A DNA stretch of 28,746 nucleotides, taken from contig JAEOTC010000060.1 in NCBI GenBank assembly GCA_016840035.1, positions 1 to 28,746 on the forward strand, read 5' to 3'. The position numbers and the translations under genes were made by a program. This document shows positions 17,994 to 27,252 of this stretch, piece by piece; positions within the stretch are counted from its first letter, which is position 1; each line of letters starts with the position of its first letter. The DNA comes from Candidatus Hodarchaeota archaeon (lineage in GTDB: Archaea; Asgardarchaeota; Heimdallarchaeia; Hodarchaeales; Hodarchaeaceae). The notes under the pieces are model-generated. The model worked only from the letters and a program-made list of their open reading frames with translations. It was not told the origin of the DNA and did not search any database.

Positions 17994-19442
17994 ATGCAAA
18001 CAACCCTTACCAAGAGACTTGATTCAAAGACATATGAGATTCCGATCATTCTTAGGGGAAGACTAATACGAGATTTTTCTGAGAGTTTCGGAGGAAGGAA
18101 TGGGGCTGAATTCACAACGCCTAGTGCAAAAAAATACGTAAACCATATTCCTCTCTCTGATCCATCAAAGTTGAAAGACCTTTATGATCTATCTGTAGAA
18201 GAAATTATCACTTTCCTTTATGATTTAGGCCAACATTTAACTCTAAGTGAAAATGAACACCTCCAAGATGCTTACAAACTCGCGTGTGAAGCATCTGGTT
18301 TGACCTCAGAGGTCCTCCTTACGACTTATAGATCTCTACCTTTTTTATTTCATCCAACTAATATTCGGGAAATGCTGGAAAAAAGAATTGGCATTCAATA
18401 TTTGGATTCTTGGGTACCCACGAAAATGGAAGATGGAAGAACAATTTCTATTAGGGCTTTTGGTTCTCGGACCGTCCATATCATTGCAGGAAATGTTCCA
18501 ACGGTTTCTGCAGCTTCTCTGATCAGAGGCTGTTGTACACGAAGTGATACGATTTTTAAATTGCCCAGTAATGATCCTCTAACCGCTACTGCATTAATTC
18601 GGACAATGATTGATCTAGAACCAACTCATCCATTAACAAAACACTGTAGTGTTCTTTATTGGCGAGGAGGAGATAAGGAGTTTGAAGAGAGATTCTATCG
18701 CCCCGAAAACATAGAAAAAATCATCGCATGGGGTGGATTTAATTCGATAAAACATATTAGTCAATATCTTCAGGCAGGGTTAGATTTAATAACATTTGAT
18801 CCTAAGATAAGTATTTCTATTATTGGAGAAGAAGCTTTTCAAGATATTCGTACATTAAGTATTGCAGCTCAAAGAGCAGCTATTGATGTCGGATCCTTCA
18901 ATCAGGAAGCTTGTTTAAACTCACGCATTATGTATGTTCAATCTGGAACCTCTGAAGAAGGAATAAGACGTTTGAACAGATTTGGGGAATTATTGTATTC
19001 TGCCCTAATTCACCTTCCTTCCCATGTTTCAACCTCACCAAAGGTTTTCGACAAGACTCTAAAGGATGATATCGAGGGAATTCGATTGGATGAGGATTTC
19101 TATCGAGTTTACGGTGGGAAATCTAATGAAGGAGCTGTAATTGTTTCCCAATTTGATGAACCAGTTGATTTTTCTCATCGTTTATGCAGTCGAGTAGTTA
19201 ATCTTGTGCCAATTGATAGCATAGACTCGGCAGTTCAATCAGTAAATTGTTACACTCAAACAGTTGGTGTATTTCCTGAAGTTTTGAAGTTTAAACTTAG
19301 AGATACTTTACCACTTTATGGGGTACAACGAATAGTCTCGTTAGGATTTGCTGCAACGGCTAGTTTGGCCACACCGCAAGATGCAATTGAACCAGTAAGA
19401 CGAATGTGTAAATGGATAGTTGATGAAAAATCAGTTCAATAA
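17994..19442 (+). CDS. LuxC-family acyl-CoA/acyl-protein reductase (ALDH fold)
   Basis: HIIAGNVP, KLPSNDP, YWRGGD, IIAWGG, FDPKIS, catalytic NQEACLNSR, YTQTVG, GVQRIV. GGAGG at 17981 favours ATG 17994 over TTG 17979. Confidence 0.9.
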   Translation: MQTTLTKRLDSKTYEIPIILRGRLIRDFSESFGGRNGAEFTTPSAKKYVNHIPLSDPSKLKDLYDLSVEEIITFLYDLGQHLTLSENEHLQDAYKLACEASGLTSEVLLTTYRSLPFLFHPTNIREMLEKRIGIQYLDSWVPTKMEDGRTISIRAFGSRTVHIIAGNVPTVSAASLIRGCCTRSDTIFKLPSNDPLTATALIRTMIDLEPTHPLTKHCSVLYWRGGDKEFEERFYRPENIEKIIAWGGFNSIKHISQYLQAGLDLITFDPKISISIIGEEAFQDIRTLSIAAQRAAIDVGSFNQEACLNSRIMYVQSGTSEEGIRRLNRFGELLYSALIHLPSHVSTSPKVFDKTLKDDIEGIRLDEDFYRVYGGKSNEGAVIVSQFDEPVDFSHRLCSRVVNLVPIDSIDSAVQSVNCYTQTVGVFPEVLKFKLRDTLPLYGVQRIVSLGFAATASLATPQDAIEPVRRMCKWIVDEKSVQ

Positions 19443-19447
19443 CCGGT

Positions 19448-19777
19448 TTGGTGGGATATTACCTGAATCACTGCCAACATCAGATCATAGACAGCCATGC
19501 AAATAACGGTTTATTCTTATGTGTAGTGTATAAAGATTATCTACGATCGTGTCCCACGAAATGTCCATATTGCATAGCTGGAACTCCTCTTACGTTCGAT
19601 CAACTTTATCGTAACAATTATGATTTTGAATGTACTTACTTTCAGAATCTTGTTCAGTGTGAATCCCATGATAGACAATTTTTTATCTGTGAATTGACGG
19701 GAAATTCTCCTGATTGTTCGAATTGCCCGTTAAAGTTGTCTTCGGAACCAAGTATGAATTCTGGGAAAAGTTCCTGA
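19448..19777 (+). CDS. Cys-rich small protein, putative metal-binding
   Basis: 109 aa with 10 Cys (CPTKCPYC, CSNCP); starts 5 nt after the luxC-like stop. Confidence 0.65.
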   Translation: MVGYYLNHCQHQIIDSHANNGLFLCVVYKDYLRSCPTKCPYCIAGTPLTFDQLYRNNYDFECTYFQNLVQCESHDRQFFICELTGNSPDCSNCPLKLSSEPSMNSGKSS

Positions 19778-19883
19778 TTCTGAAATCAAGAAATTCTGTT
19801 GCAACAAAAGAGTCATTTTTAGGAGGACTATGATATCAAAATTTTATTTGATAATTATCAGTTAAATTACTGGGTTCACGCGA

Positions 19884-20519
19884 ATGTCAGAGAAAATTGA
19901 TCTTACAGAGCTTATAAAAAGAATAGAGGCATCGAGCTCCTATATAAGAGCTGAAACAATCAGAAACCTTGGTAAAATGGACATTCATGTTACGGAAATC
20001 CCGATGGAGCTCCATTCCAAACTCGTCAAAGCTCTTTCCGATCCAGCACCAGAGGTGCGAGCAGAAGTAGTCATGACATTAGCCTTTCTTGAGGGAAGCA
20101 TAGTCAATCCCCTCTTGGAGCCATTACTGTCGGATTCAGTTGATATAGTCCGAAGTAACACAATATCCGCCTTAAGCTACTCGAAAGCACCATTGACTGA
20201 CATCTTAGCCGAGAAACTTCTTCATTGCATGAATGAAGAGAACGTACAAATCAGAGATCGATGTGCAAGAGCCTTAGGAAGATTAAAGGTTAAAGGTGCA
20301 GAAAAAATTCTGTTAAACACTCTTGAAAACGATTCATCCCCTGTTGTTCGTACTGGTGCAGCAGTAGGGTTAGGACAACTTGATTTTTTAGATTCAGAAG
20401 TATTAAACAATCTGAATAAGTACCTTGAGAGTGAAACATCCGAATTAGTACGACAAACAGTGAAAGAAGTGATCTCGATTCATTCAGCAAAACGAAATGA
20501 ATCTCTCACTGGAATATAA
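19884..20519 (+). CDS. HEAT (PBS-lyase-type) repeat protein
   Basis: Repeats of LSDPAPEVRAEVVMTL, LLSDSVDIVRSNTISAL, NVQIRDRCARALG, DSSPVVRTGAAVGLG. Confidence 0.9.
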   Translation: MSEKIDLTELIKRIEASSSYIRAETIRNLGKMDIHVTEIPMELHSKLVKALSDPAPEVRAEVVMTLAFLEGSIVNPLLEPLLSDSVDIVRSNTISALSYSKAPLTDILAEKLLHCMNEENVQIRDRCARALGRLKVKGAEKILLNTLENDSSPVVRTGAAVGLGQLDFLDSEVLNNLNKYLESETSELVRQTVKEVISIHSAKRNESLTGI

Positions 20520-20572
20520 TAATTGGGAGTTTAAATATTAGTCATTGATAGAAGGATTGGATACACTCTTCC

Positions 20573-20603
20573 TGGCTTTTGAGGGTTCTTCCCTCAAAGG
20601 CCA
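20573..20603. terminator. 13-bp stem-loop between convergent genes
   Basis: TGGCTTTTGAGGG-TTCTT-CCCTCAAAGGCCA (one G-U pair), followed by TCTCTCCCCTCCTAATTTTT. Confidence 0.5.
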
Positions 20604-20640
20604 TCTCTCCCCTCCTAATTTTATAATTAAAGTGGATATA

Positions 20641-21612
20641 CTAATCGATTGGAGCGTCGGTAACCCATTTTTCTGGTGAAAACCATCCATGACTTCGTTT
20701 TTCTTCGATGAGTTCATCCCGAATATCTGTAAAATAGTAAGTGGTACCTCCCATGACCTTGATTATGCTTTTAACTCCTGGGAGCTCGGTTAATTGTGCC
20801 TGTATCTTTTCCACTTCAGTGTAGGATGAACAGTAGAAACTCAAAAACAGTACGGGACGATTGGCTGATTTCCAAGAACTAGTTGGCCAAAAATTAGGAA
20901 TTGTATTAATTTCTTGCATGATCTCTTGCTGAATTAGATGATTTAGAATTGTAAATTCACACTGAAACATAGTTAGGGTCTCTTTAGGAGATCTCACTGG
21001 ATTGATTTGAATAGTTTCTTGGATGAGGTTATGATGACGAAGATAATCCAGCCGCTCATTAATGACTTCAACCTCAATTTCTATACGTTTGGAGAGTTCT
21101 TGAAGGGATAGACGACCCTGCTCTCGTAGGTGAGCTAAAATTAACCAATCCTCTTTTTCAAGCGAAACGATATCCTGTGTTGGTGCTAAAATTCCGGTAT
21201 TGACAAGGGGAATGACAGGATAAAGGTGTAATTCTTCAAAAGCTTTATGAAATTGCTGGAAATGTTCAGCTAATTCAGCGAAGTCTTTTTTATTACTATA
21301 TCTTGCATAGGCAAACCCTTCATGGGCAGTTCCAATAGAAATTGACTCAATTGTCGAATGAACCCCTAGAAGGGTCAGACGATTAAGCTCTAACGGCGTG
21401 AGTGACCGAAATATTATGATCGCATTGTGAAGATTTAGAAGATATGGATTGAGCACAACCGTGAACTTTAAGATCGTATGATTATTTACTAATCGCTGAA
21501 TTCGTGTTCCAACCTCAACAGCGGGTAGATTAAGTTCAGAAGCAAGCTGTGAAAAAGAAATACGACAAGATTTTGTCAAACTAAAGAGAATACTCTTGTC
21601 AAAAACATCCAA
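20641..21612 (-). CDS. Tandem (double) Lrp/AsnC-family transcriptional regulator
   Basis: Two Lrp wHTH+RAM modules: MDVFDKSILFSLTKSCRISFSQLASEL..RIQRL and LEKEDWLILAHLREQGRLSLQELSKRI..RLDYL. GGTGAG lies upstream of the TTG. Confidence 0.85.
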   Translation of the reverse strand: MDVFDKSILFSLTKSCRISFSQLASELNLPAVEVGTRIQRLVNNHTILKFTVVLNPYLLNLHNAIIIFRSLTPLELNRLTLLGVHSTIESISIGTAHEGFAYARYSNKKDFAELAEHFQQFHKAFEELHLYPVIPLVNTGILAPTQDIVSLEKEDWLILAHLREQGRLSLQELSKRIEIEVEVINERLDYLRHHNLIQETIQINPVRSPKETLTMFQCEFTILNHLIQQEIMQEINTIPNFWPTSSWKSANRPVLFLSFYCSSYTEVEKIQAQLTELPGVKSIIKVMGGTTYYFTDIRDELIEEKRSHGWFSPEKWVTDAPID

Positions 21613-21722
21613 AGTTCAAACTCACCCTGTACACTTTTCATTACGTTTTCTTACAGTTCTTGTGCAGTATCATTGTAGAACATAAAAAGCTATAAGTTCA
21701 GAATCATCCACAAATAGTTCAT

Positions 21723-22706
21723 TTAGCTCTTAAAAATCAAATCTTTCTCACGATACACGCGATTCTCTTTGATTAGTTCATTAATATGCTTTATTACATG
21801 AACAAACTCGAAATACTCCCAAACATACGGAGGATCACTCTTTTTCCCTCGGTAGACTATCGATTGATCAGCAATCTGCTTAGGGGTAACTCCATATTTG
21901 TCTTTTGCCACGAAATCTAACATAAGCTGTTCACGTTGGTCAAAGGTATTCAGAAATTCACGGAGTAACTGTAATCCTTCCTCTTTTGATACATCACGAG
22001 TATGACTTGAAACGATTCGTGAAATACTATGTCTAGAAATAAAATCAACAATATATCTTACTGAATTTCTAAAATCATTGAGATCAGAATTCCACCACCC
22101 ATACCAAGGACCAAATTTGCCAGAAAGATCGAGATCCCCGATGAAAAGGATTTCCGTTTCCTGTTCATAGACTCCACAATGACCTGGAGAGTGCCCTGGG
22201 AGGTGAATAGTATTGAGTTGAGTCACACCAAGGTCTATAACCTCATTGTTTTTGAAAGAATTCAAATTATCTAAATGAAGATCATTCCATACATCTAATC
22301 CCTCTCGGTTAAGTAAATTCGTAAATCTTCGATTCCAAATTGTCCATTCCCTTTCAGATATCTCTTGATCCTTAAAACAAAATCTGACAAATTCTTGGAA
22401 AGACTGTAGGGCGATAATTTCTTTCTCATGGATCATTTTCTGGCTGTCAGGAAAAACATGACAACCGAAAATATGATCGATATGGTAGTGTGAAAATAAA
22501 ATCAGATCTATAGGAATTTCACTCTTAATATTTCTGAGTTGATTACCCTGATATTGATAGCCTGTATCGATAAGAAGTATTTGATTACCAAGAAAAAGAA
22601 GTGAATTAGATGTTAAATATTGTCTTTCCGTAGGACGGACTAATAGAACATTGTCAGAAAGAAATTTGCCATACCGAGAGAGTTTTCTTGTCAAGGAGTT
22701 GGCCAT
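21723..22706 (-). CDS. Metallo-beta-lactamase-fold hydrolase with C-terminal wHTH-like domain
   Basis: LLIDTG, SHYHIDH (HxHxDH), PGHSPGH, LFIGD, SSH. Confidence 0.9.
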   Translation of the reverse strand: MANSLTRKLSRYGKFLSDNVLLVRPTERQYLTSNSLLFLGNQILLIDTGYQYQGNQLRNIKSEIPIDLILFSHYHIDHIFGCHVFPDSQKMIHEKEIIALQSFQEFVRFCFKDQEISEREWTIWNRRFTNLLNREGLDVWNDLHLDNLNSFKNNEVIDLGVTQLNTIHLPGHSPGHCGVYEQETEILFIGDLDLSGKFGPWYGWWNSDLNDFRNSVRYIVDFISRHSISRIVSSHTRDVSKEEGLQLLREFLNTFDQREQLMLDFVAKDKYGVTPKQIADQSIVYRGKKSDPPYVWEYFEFVHVIKHINELIKENRVYREKDLIFKS

Positions 22707-22733
22707 CAGAGATACCTATAATCTAAAATTAAT

Positions 22734-23513
22734 TCAAGCGATACCCAAATATGCTTCTTTCACATAGGGATTATTGATTAGCTCATCTTTGGTACCCTCA
22801 AGCTCAATTCTTCCATCCTCCAATAAGTACCCCCGATCACATATTTCGAGAGCAATACTGGCATCTTGTTCAACTAAAAGAATAGTTGTTCCGCTTGCTT
22901 GAATTTTACGAATTGCATTAACAATATCCTTCTTGACCATTGGAGCAAGACCTAAGCTGGGTTCATCTAGCAACAAGAGCTTCGGACTTCCCATCAAGCT
23001 CCGAGCAATCGCAATCATTTGTTGCTCTCCTCCAGAAAAATTTCCAGCTTTTTCGTGTAATCTCTTTTTGAGAACAGGGAATAGATTCAATACCGTTTCA
23101 AGGTTTTTCTCGATCTTTTGCTTATCCTGAGTTGTATACGCTCCTAAAATGAGATTCTCTCTCACACTCGACTCAGTAAATAGTCGTCTACGTTCAGGAC
23201 AGTGAATAATACCTAATTCTACAACTTTATGCGGTTTAAGAGATTCGTTCTTCCCCATAACTCTGAATTCTGATTTAGTTGATTCTAGTATCTTTTTTCC
23301 TTCAAAAAATATCTTTCCTCTTTCGAGCTCCACTAGACCGGATATAGCACGGAGAAGAGTAGTTTTACCAGTACCATTAGGACCAATTACGGCAACAAGT
23401 TCACCTCTATCGACCGTTAGAGAAACAGACGCAATAGCGATGGCTCTACCATAATGTACGGATGCTTCTTGCAATTCAAATAGGGGGGATGTTTTTTTGC
23501 TTGTTTCACTCAA
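22734..23513 (-). CDS. livF: Branched-chain amino acid-type ABC transporter ATP-binding protein LivF
   Basis: GPNGTGKT, PERRRLF, FSGGEQQM, LLLDEPSLGLAP, VEQ, AYLG. Start reassigned to TTG 23513 (GGAGG upstream; overlaps the livG stop). Confidence 0.92.
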   Translation of the reverse strand: MSETSKKTSPLFELQEASVHYGRAIAIASVSLTVDRGELVAVIGPNGTGKTTLLRAISGLVELERGKIFFEGKKILESTKSEFRVMGKNESLKPHKVVELGIIHCPERRRLFTESSVRENLILGAYTTQDKQKIEKNLETVLNLFPVLKKRLHEKAGNFSGGEQQMIAIARSLMGSPKLLLLDEPSLGLAPMVKKDIVNAIRKIQASGTTILLVEQDASIALEICDRGYLLEDGRIELEGTKDELINNPYVKEAYLGIA

Positions 23514-24294
23514 AATCAAATGCCTCCGTTCCAAGATAGGCTGTAATAACCTCAGGGTTGTTCGCGATTTCCTTGGGAGTTCCTTCCCCAATTAACTGTC
23601 CTTGATGGAGTACCAATACTCTTTCCACCAACCGCATGAGAATTTTCAGTTTATGCTCTACTATTATAATGGTCATTCCTTTCTCATTTGCTTCACGTAT
23701 AACTCGTTCTACACGGAAAGATTCCTCTACTGAAAGTCCTGCAAAGGGTTCATCCAATAATAATACTCGAGGTTGAACAGCCATGGCACGAGCGAAGTCT
23801 AATCGTTTCAAGTCGCCATGTGGTAGGATAAAAGCTGGATAGTTCTTTTTCTCAGCCAAATCGACCGTAATTAAGGACCAAGTAGCTTTATTTTTAAGAG
23901 TAGACGATCTAGCTAATTTTGATTTAGGAATATGAGGGACAGTTGTATTTTCTAAAGCATTTAATAACTTGAACGGGCGAACAAGCTGGAAGGTTCGAGT
24001 GATTCCAAGATTTGCGATTTTATGAGGACTTGAACCAGCAATATTCTTCTTATTATCAAGAATGATTCTTCCCAGAGTTGGTTTAAGAAACCCAGTCATA
24101 AGATTAAACAATGTAGTTTTACCTGCTCCATTAGGCCCTATAATACCAACAAGCTCACCTGCATTTATTTTGAAATTTACTTCGTCCACAGCCTTAAGTC
24201 CTTCAAAATGCTTACTTAAATTCTGTGTTTCAATGATTACACTCCGTTCGGGTTTCGTAACTTGTTTTTCTGAAGTAGATACTGTCATAAACAT
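23506..24294 (-). CDS. livG: ABC transporter ATP-binding protein LivG
   Basis: GPNGAGKTT, GITRTFQ, LPHGDLKRL, LLLDEP, VEH, AYLG. Start is ATG 24294 or 24288. Confidence 0.92.
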   Translation of the reverse strand: MFMTVSTSEKQVTKPERSVIIETQNLSKHFEGLKAVDEVNFKINAGELVGIIGPNGAGKTTLFNLMTGFLKPTLGRIILDNKKNIAGSSPHKIANLGITRTFQLVRPFKLLNALENTTVPHIPKSKLARSSTLKNKATWSLITVDLAEKKNYPAFILPHGDLKRLDFARAMAVQPRVLLLDEPFAGLSVEESFRVERVIREANEKGMTIIIVEHKLKILMRLVERVLVLHQGQLIGEGTPKEIANNPEVITAYLGTEAFDFE

Positions 24295-24306
24295 TCACCA
24301 CACGTA

Positions 24307-25770
24307 TTATTCGGGTTCGTACCTCCCAACAGATGGCCAGACTCCCCAAAATCGCAAACGAACTATTTTAAAGACTTTAGGAAGATAATAAGCAAATGGA
24401 ATACCCGCAATGCAATAAATAAGAAATTTCGCTTTAATAAGTGATTTAGCATTTAGTGTCAATCCCATTAATCCCTCTAGGATAAAGAGACCCAAGAATT
24501 CACTCACAATGAACACGGGAATTGCAGGGATTGTAAAAATGGTAATCAACACCATGACCAAGAACATCAATATATTTTCCACATTGATAACTGAAAGATA
24601 ATCAATGAAATTACTATATGGAACTATTGCCCATGCAACAGCAAATAATATTCCAAAAACCACTGCTTTCTTTTGATCAGGTTTGGCTCTAGCAAGACCA
24701 TACGGCATGTAACGGAGAGTAATTACTAGTAATAGTCCAAATGCAAGAATATCAACACCCTCAAGGATTGAGGAGGGGAAAATATCTCCAAGGAGAATTT
24801 CTATCATGATTGTTAGGAGAAAGGCTCCTACTACTCCTCCAGATATCGAACCAATTCCTCCAATAACACACATAATAATTATCGTAAATGAAAAAGTGGT
24901 ATCAAAGAATGAAGGGACAGCAATATGTCGATATTGCGCATACATTCCTCCTGCAATGCCAGCAAAGAACGCACTAACAGCAAAAGCGAATATTTTATAA
25001 AAAGCTAAGTTTATACCTAATGATTCAGCGGCATCTTCATCTTCCCTAATAGATTGGAAAATTAATCCATAACGTGAGTAAGCAATCAGCATCATGATAC
25101 CAACTGAAACTAATAGAACAGCAATGGAAAAAATGTAAAAATTTAAGGTATCAGTATCCAAATTTCCTGTAATTGTTAATATATCAGGAACACTCGGAAA
25201 TCCATGATCTCCTCCAGTTATAGGATAGAATTCATTCAGTTTAAATAATGAAGCGGTGATCAAGGGTATTACAAGGGTTACTAGAGCAAGATAAGGTCCC
25301 TTTACTCTCAGAGCTAAAATACCGACAACGACTGCAAGTAAAGCACATATGAAACCACTAAATATTAAAGCTATTGCAGGGGAGAGGTTAAATCTTGGTC
25401 CTAATATACCTACTAACGCTGGGTCCACATCAAAACCAACAGAGGTCCAATACCCGATGTAAGCTGCTAACCCGAAGAAGATGGCATGCCCAAAGCTAAT
25501 CTGCCCTGTGTATCCTGAAAGAATATCCCATGAGGCTGCAAATATGCCCCAGATTGCGCAGAGGGATAAAATTGTCAAAAAGAAATTTGTAGAACCAAAT
25601 AGCCCTATTTCACCTATTACTGCATAAATATCCGTTAAAAACGGGATATTCGGGGTATTAACTGCACCTAGAATAGAGGGGAGTAGTATAATTAGTGCTA
25701 TTCCTGAAATATAATAGCCACGATCTTTAATTTCATCCCATAAATCCTCGAAAAACTCGTACCAGTCCAT
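24307..25770 (-). CDS. livM: ABC transporter permease LivM (C-terminally extended)
   Basis: GYTGQISFGHAIFFG, LRVKGPYLALVTL, SIREDEDAAESLGIN, GGIGSISG, MPYGL. Confidence 0.9.
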   Translation of the reverse strand: MDWYEFFEDLWDEIKDRGYYISGIALIILLPSILGAVNTPNIPFLTDIYAVIGEIGLFGSTNFFLTILSLCAIWGIFAASWDILSGYTGQISFGHAIFFGLAAYIGYWTSVGFDVDPALVGILGPRFNLSPAIALIFSGFICALLAVVVGILALRVKGPYLALVTLVIPLITASLFKLNEFYPITGGDHGFPSVPDILTITGNLDTDTLNFYIFSIAVLLVSVGIMMLIAYSRYGLIFQSIREDEDAAESLGINLAFYKIFAFAVSAFFAGIAGGMYAQYRHIAVPSFFDTTFSFTIIIMCVIGGIGSISGGVVGAFLLTIMIEILLGDIFPSSILEGVDILAFGLLLVITLRYMPYGLARAKPDQKKAVVFGILFAVAWAIVPYSNFIDYLSVINVENILMFLVMVLITIFTIPAIPVFIVSEFLGLFILEGLMGLTLNAKSLIKAKFLIYCIAGIPFAYYLPKVFKIVRLRFWGVWPSVGRYEPE

Positions 25771-25771
25771 T

Positions 25772-27157
25772 TTATTCTACCTCCTTCTTTTCACCAAATA
25801 ATCCTTCAGGTTTAAGAATCATGACGAGAATGACTATTAGGAAAGGAATGGCTACTGAATAACTTGGATTGATTGAACTCACCAATATTTCGGAGTAACC
25901 TATGATGAAGGCGGCAATAATACTTCCTCCAAGGCTCCCCATTCCGCCGAGAGTTACAACTGCAATAGCCCAGATAAGAACTGGCCACCCCATAAAGGGA
26001 TTCCATAGTGGTCTGGCGGAAAATGATGAGGTTAATACTGCAGCAAATCCTGCAAGGCCCATGCCTACTCCACTAACTAGAGCAGTTGTTTTTCTGATAT
26101 TTACACCAACGAGTGCTGCCGCTTCTTCATCCTGTGACACCGCTCGTAATGCAATTCCAAATTTTGTTCTGTAAATGAAGATATAAAGAAGAATAACAGC
26201 GATTAAGGAAAATATAAGAGAAATTATCCTGATAGTAGGGATGGATATTCCCAAAAATGTTGTTATTCCTGTTTTGGGGACTATACCTGGGAAACTCCAA
26301 TCAATAGATTGAAAACGTGTAAAATTATCCCCATTTTGGGGAAAATATACAATTTGTACGATACTTTGGAAGATTAATGCTAAAGCAAACGTAACAATCA
26401 TCACTGAAATATGGGAGTGCCGAACTGTATCTAAGAGGTACCGATCAGATATCATTGCCACACAGGCAGTGAAAACGACAGATAATAGCATTAAAGAAAA
26501 GTAGATAGATGGAAAACCTATAATATAAAGGATGGGCATAGAAAGCGCATAAAAAAACGAACCTAGTGCTATTTCACGCTTCGGAAGTTCTAAATACCAC
26601 CCAGTCAATCCAATGATTAACGCAGCTAAACCAACATAAAATCCTGCAACTAAATTTCCATCAATGGCAATAATACCCCCTCCAGAAATTATAGGGGCTA
26701 CCAGAATAAATATAAATTCACGTATTGAAAAAATGGTATAGGTAAATACCAATAAAACGATGATGAGTACGATAGGTAATAGCGCTAATCCAAGGAACAT
26801 AAGTCCATCGAAATCTGTTCGGAACTCAGGAACAATTTCCACAGTTTCTAATAAGAAAAATTGACAGTAAGCTCCTAAAACAAAATATCCTCCCAAAGAT
26901 AATTTTAATTGTTTCGCAACACCGTAAATAAGCGAAAACCCAATAGCAAGCAAGGCATATAATGAACCTGTTTGAATTGCAAAAATATTAAGTTTAATTC
27001 CTGATTCTAAATCTAAGAGTATACCAATACCAGAATCGGTATTTTGGAAGATAAAGGGAAAAGAAACACAAAAGATGAAAAAGCCTAGTAATCCTAAGAT
27101 GATCCATTTTTCTTTCTGCCATATGTCTGGGGGAATAACTTTGTCAAGAAAACTCAT
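25772..27157 (-). CDS. livH: ABC transporter permease LivH (with extra TM segments)
   Basis: GSLYALLAIGFSLIYGV, RTKFGIALRAVSQDEEAAALVGVN, LGGMGSLGG, KPEGLFG. Start reassigned to ATG 27157 (GGAGA upstream). Confidence 0.88.
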   Translation of the reverse strand: MSFLDKVIPPDIWQKEKWIILGLLGFFIFCVSFPFIFQNTDSGIGILLDLESGIKLNIFAIQTGSLYALLAIGFSLIYGVAKQLKLSLGGYFVLGAYCQFFLLETVEIVPEFRTDFDGLMFLGLALLPIVLIIVLLVFTYTIFSIREFIFILVAPIISGGGIIAIDGNLVAGFYVGLAALIIGLTGWYLELPKREIALGSFFYALSMPILYIIGFPSIYFSLMLLSVVFTACVAMISDRYLLDTVRHSHISVMIVTFALALIFQSIVQIVYFPQNGDNFTRFQSIDWSFPGIVPKTGITTFLGISIPTIRIISLIFSLIAVILLYIFIYRTKFGIALRAVSQDEEAAALVGVNIRKTTALVSGVGMGLAGFAAVLTSSFSARPLWNPFMGWPVLIWAIAVVTLGGMGSLGGSIIAAFIIGYSEILVSSINPSYSVAIPFLIVILVMILKPEGLFGEKKEVE

Positions 27158-27230
27158 AGAAAATCTCCGTTTTATTAGATTAGGGGTAAAGGTAATAGAA
27201 AGAGGGAATTTAAAAAAATTTTGAGTACTC

Positions 27231-27252
27231 AAAAAAAAAAGAGGAGGGGGAG
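27231..27252 (-). terminator. Pyrimidine/oligo-T tract after the substrate-binding protein gene
   Basis: The minus strand reads CTCCCCCTCCTC followed by T10 immediately after the stop. It could give higher SBP than permease expression (inference). Confidence 0.55.

Noticed and set aside
16579-19442. Bioluminescence (lux) operon
   Set aside because: There is no luxA/luxB luciferase, luxD or luxG in the window, so only the reductase arm is supported and lux gene symbols were not assigned.
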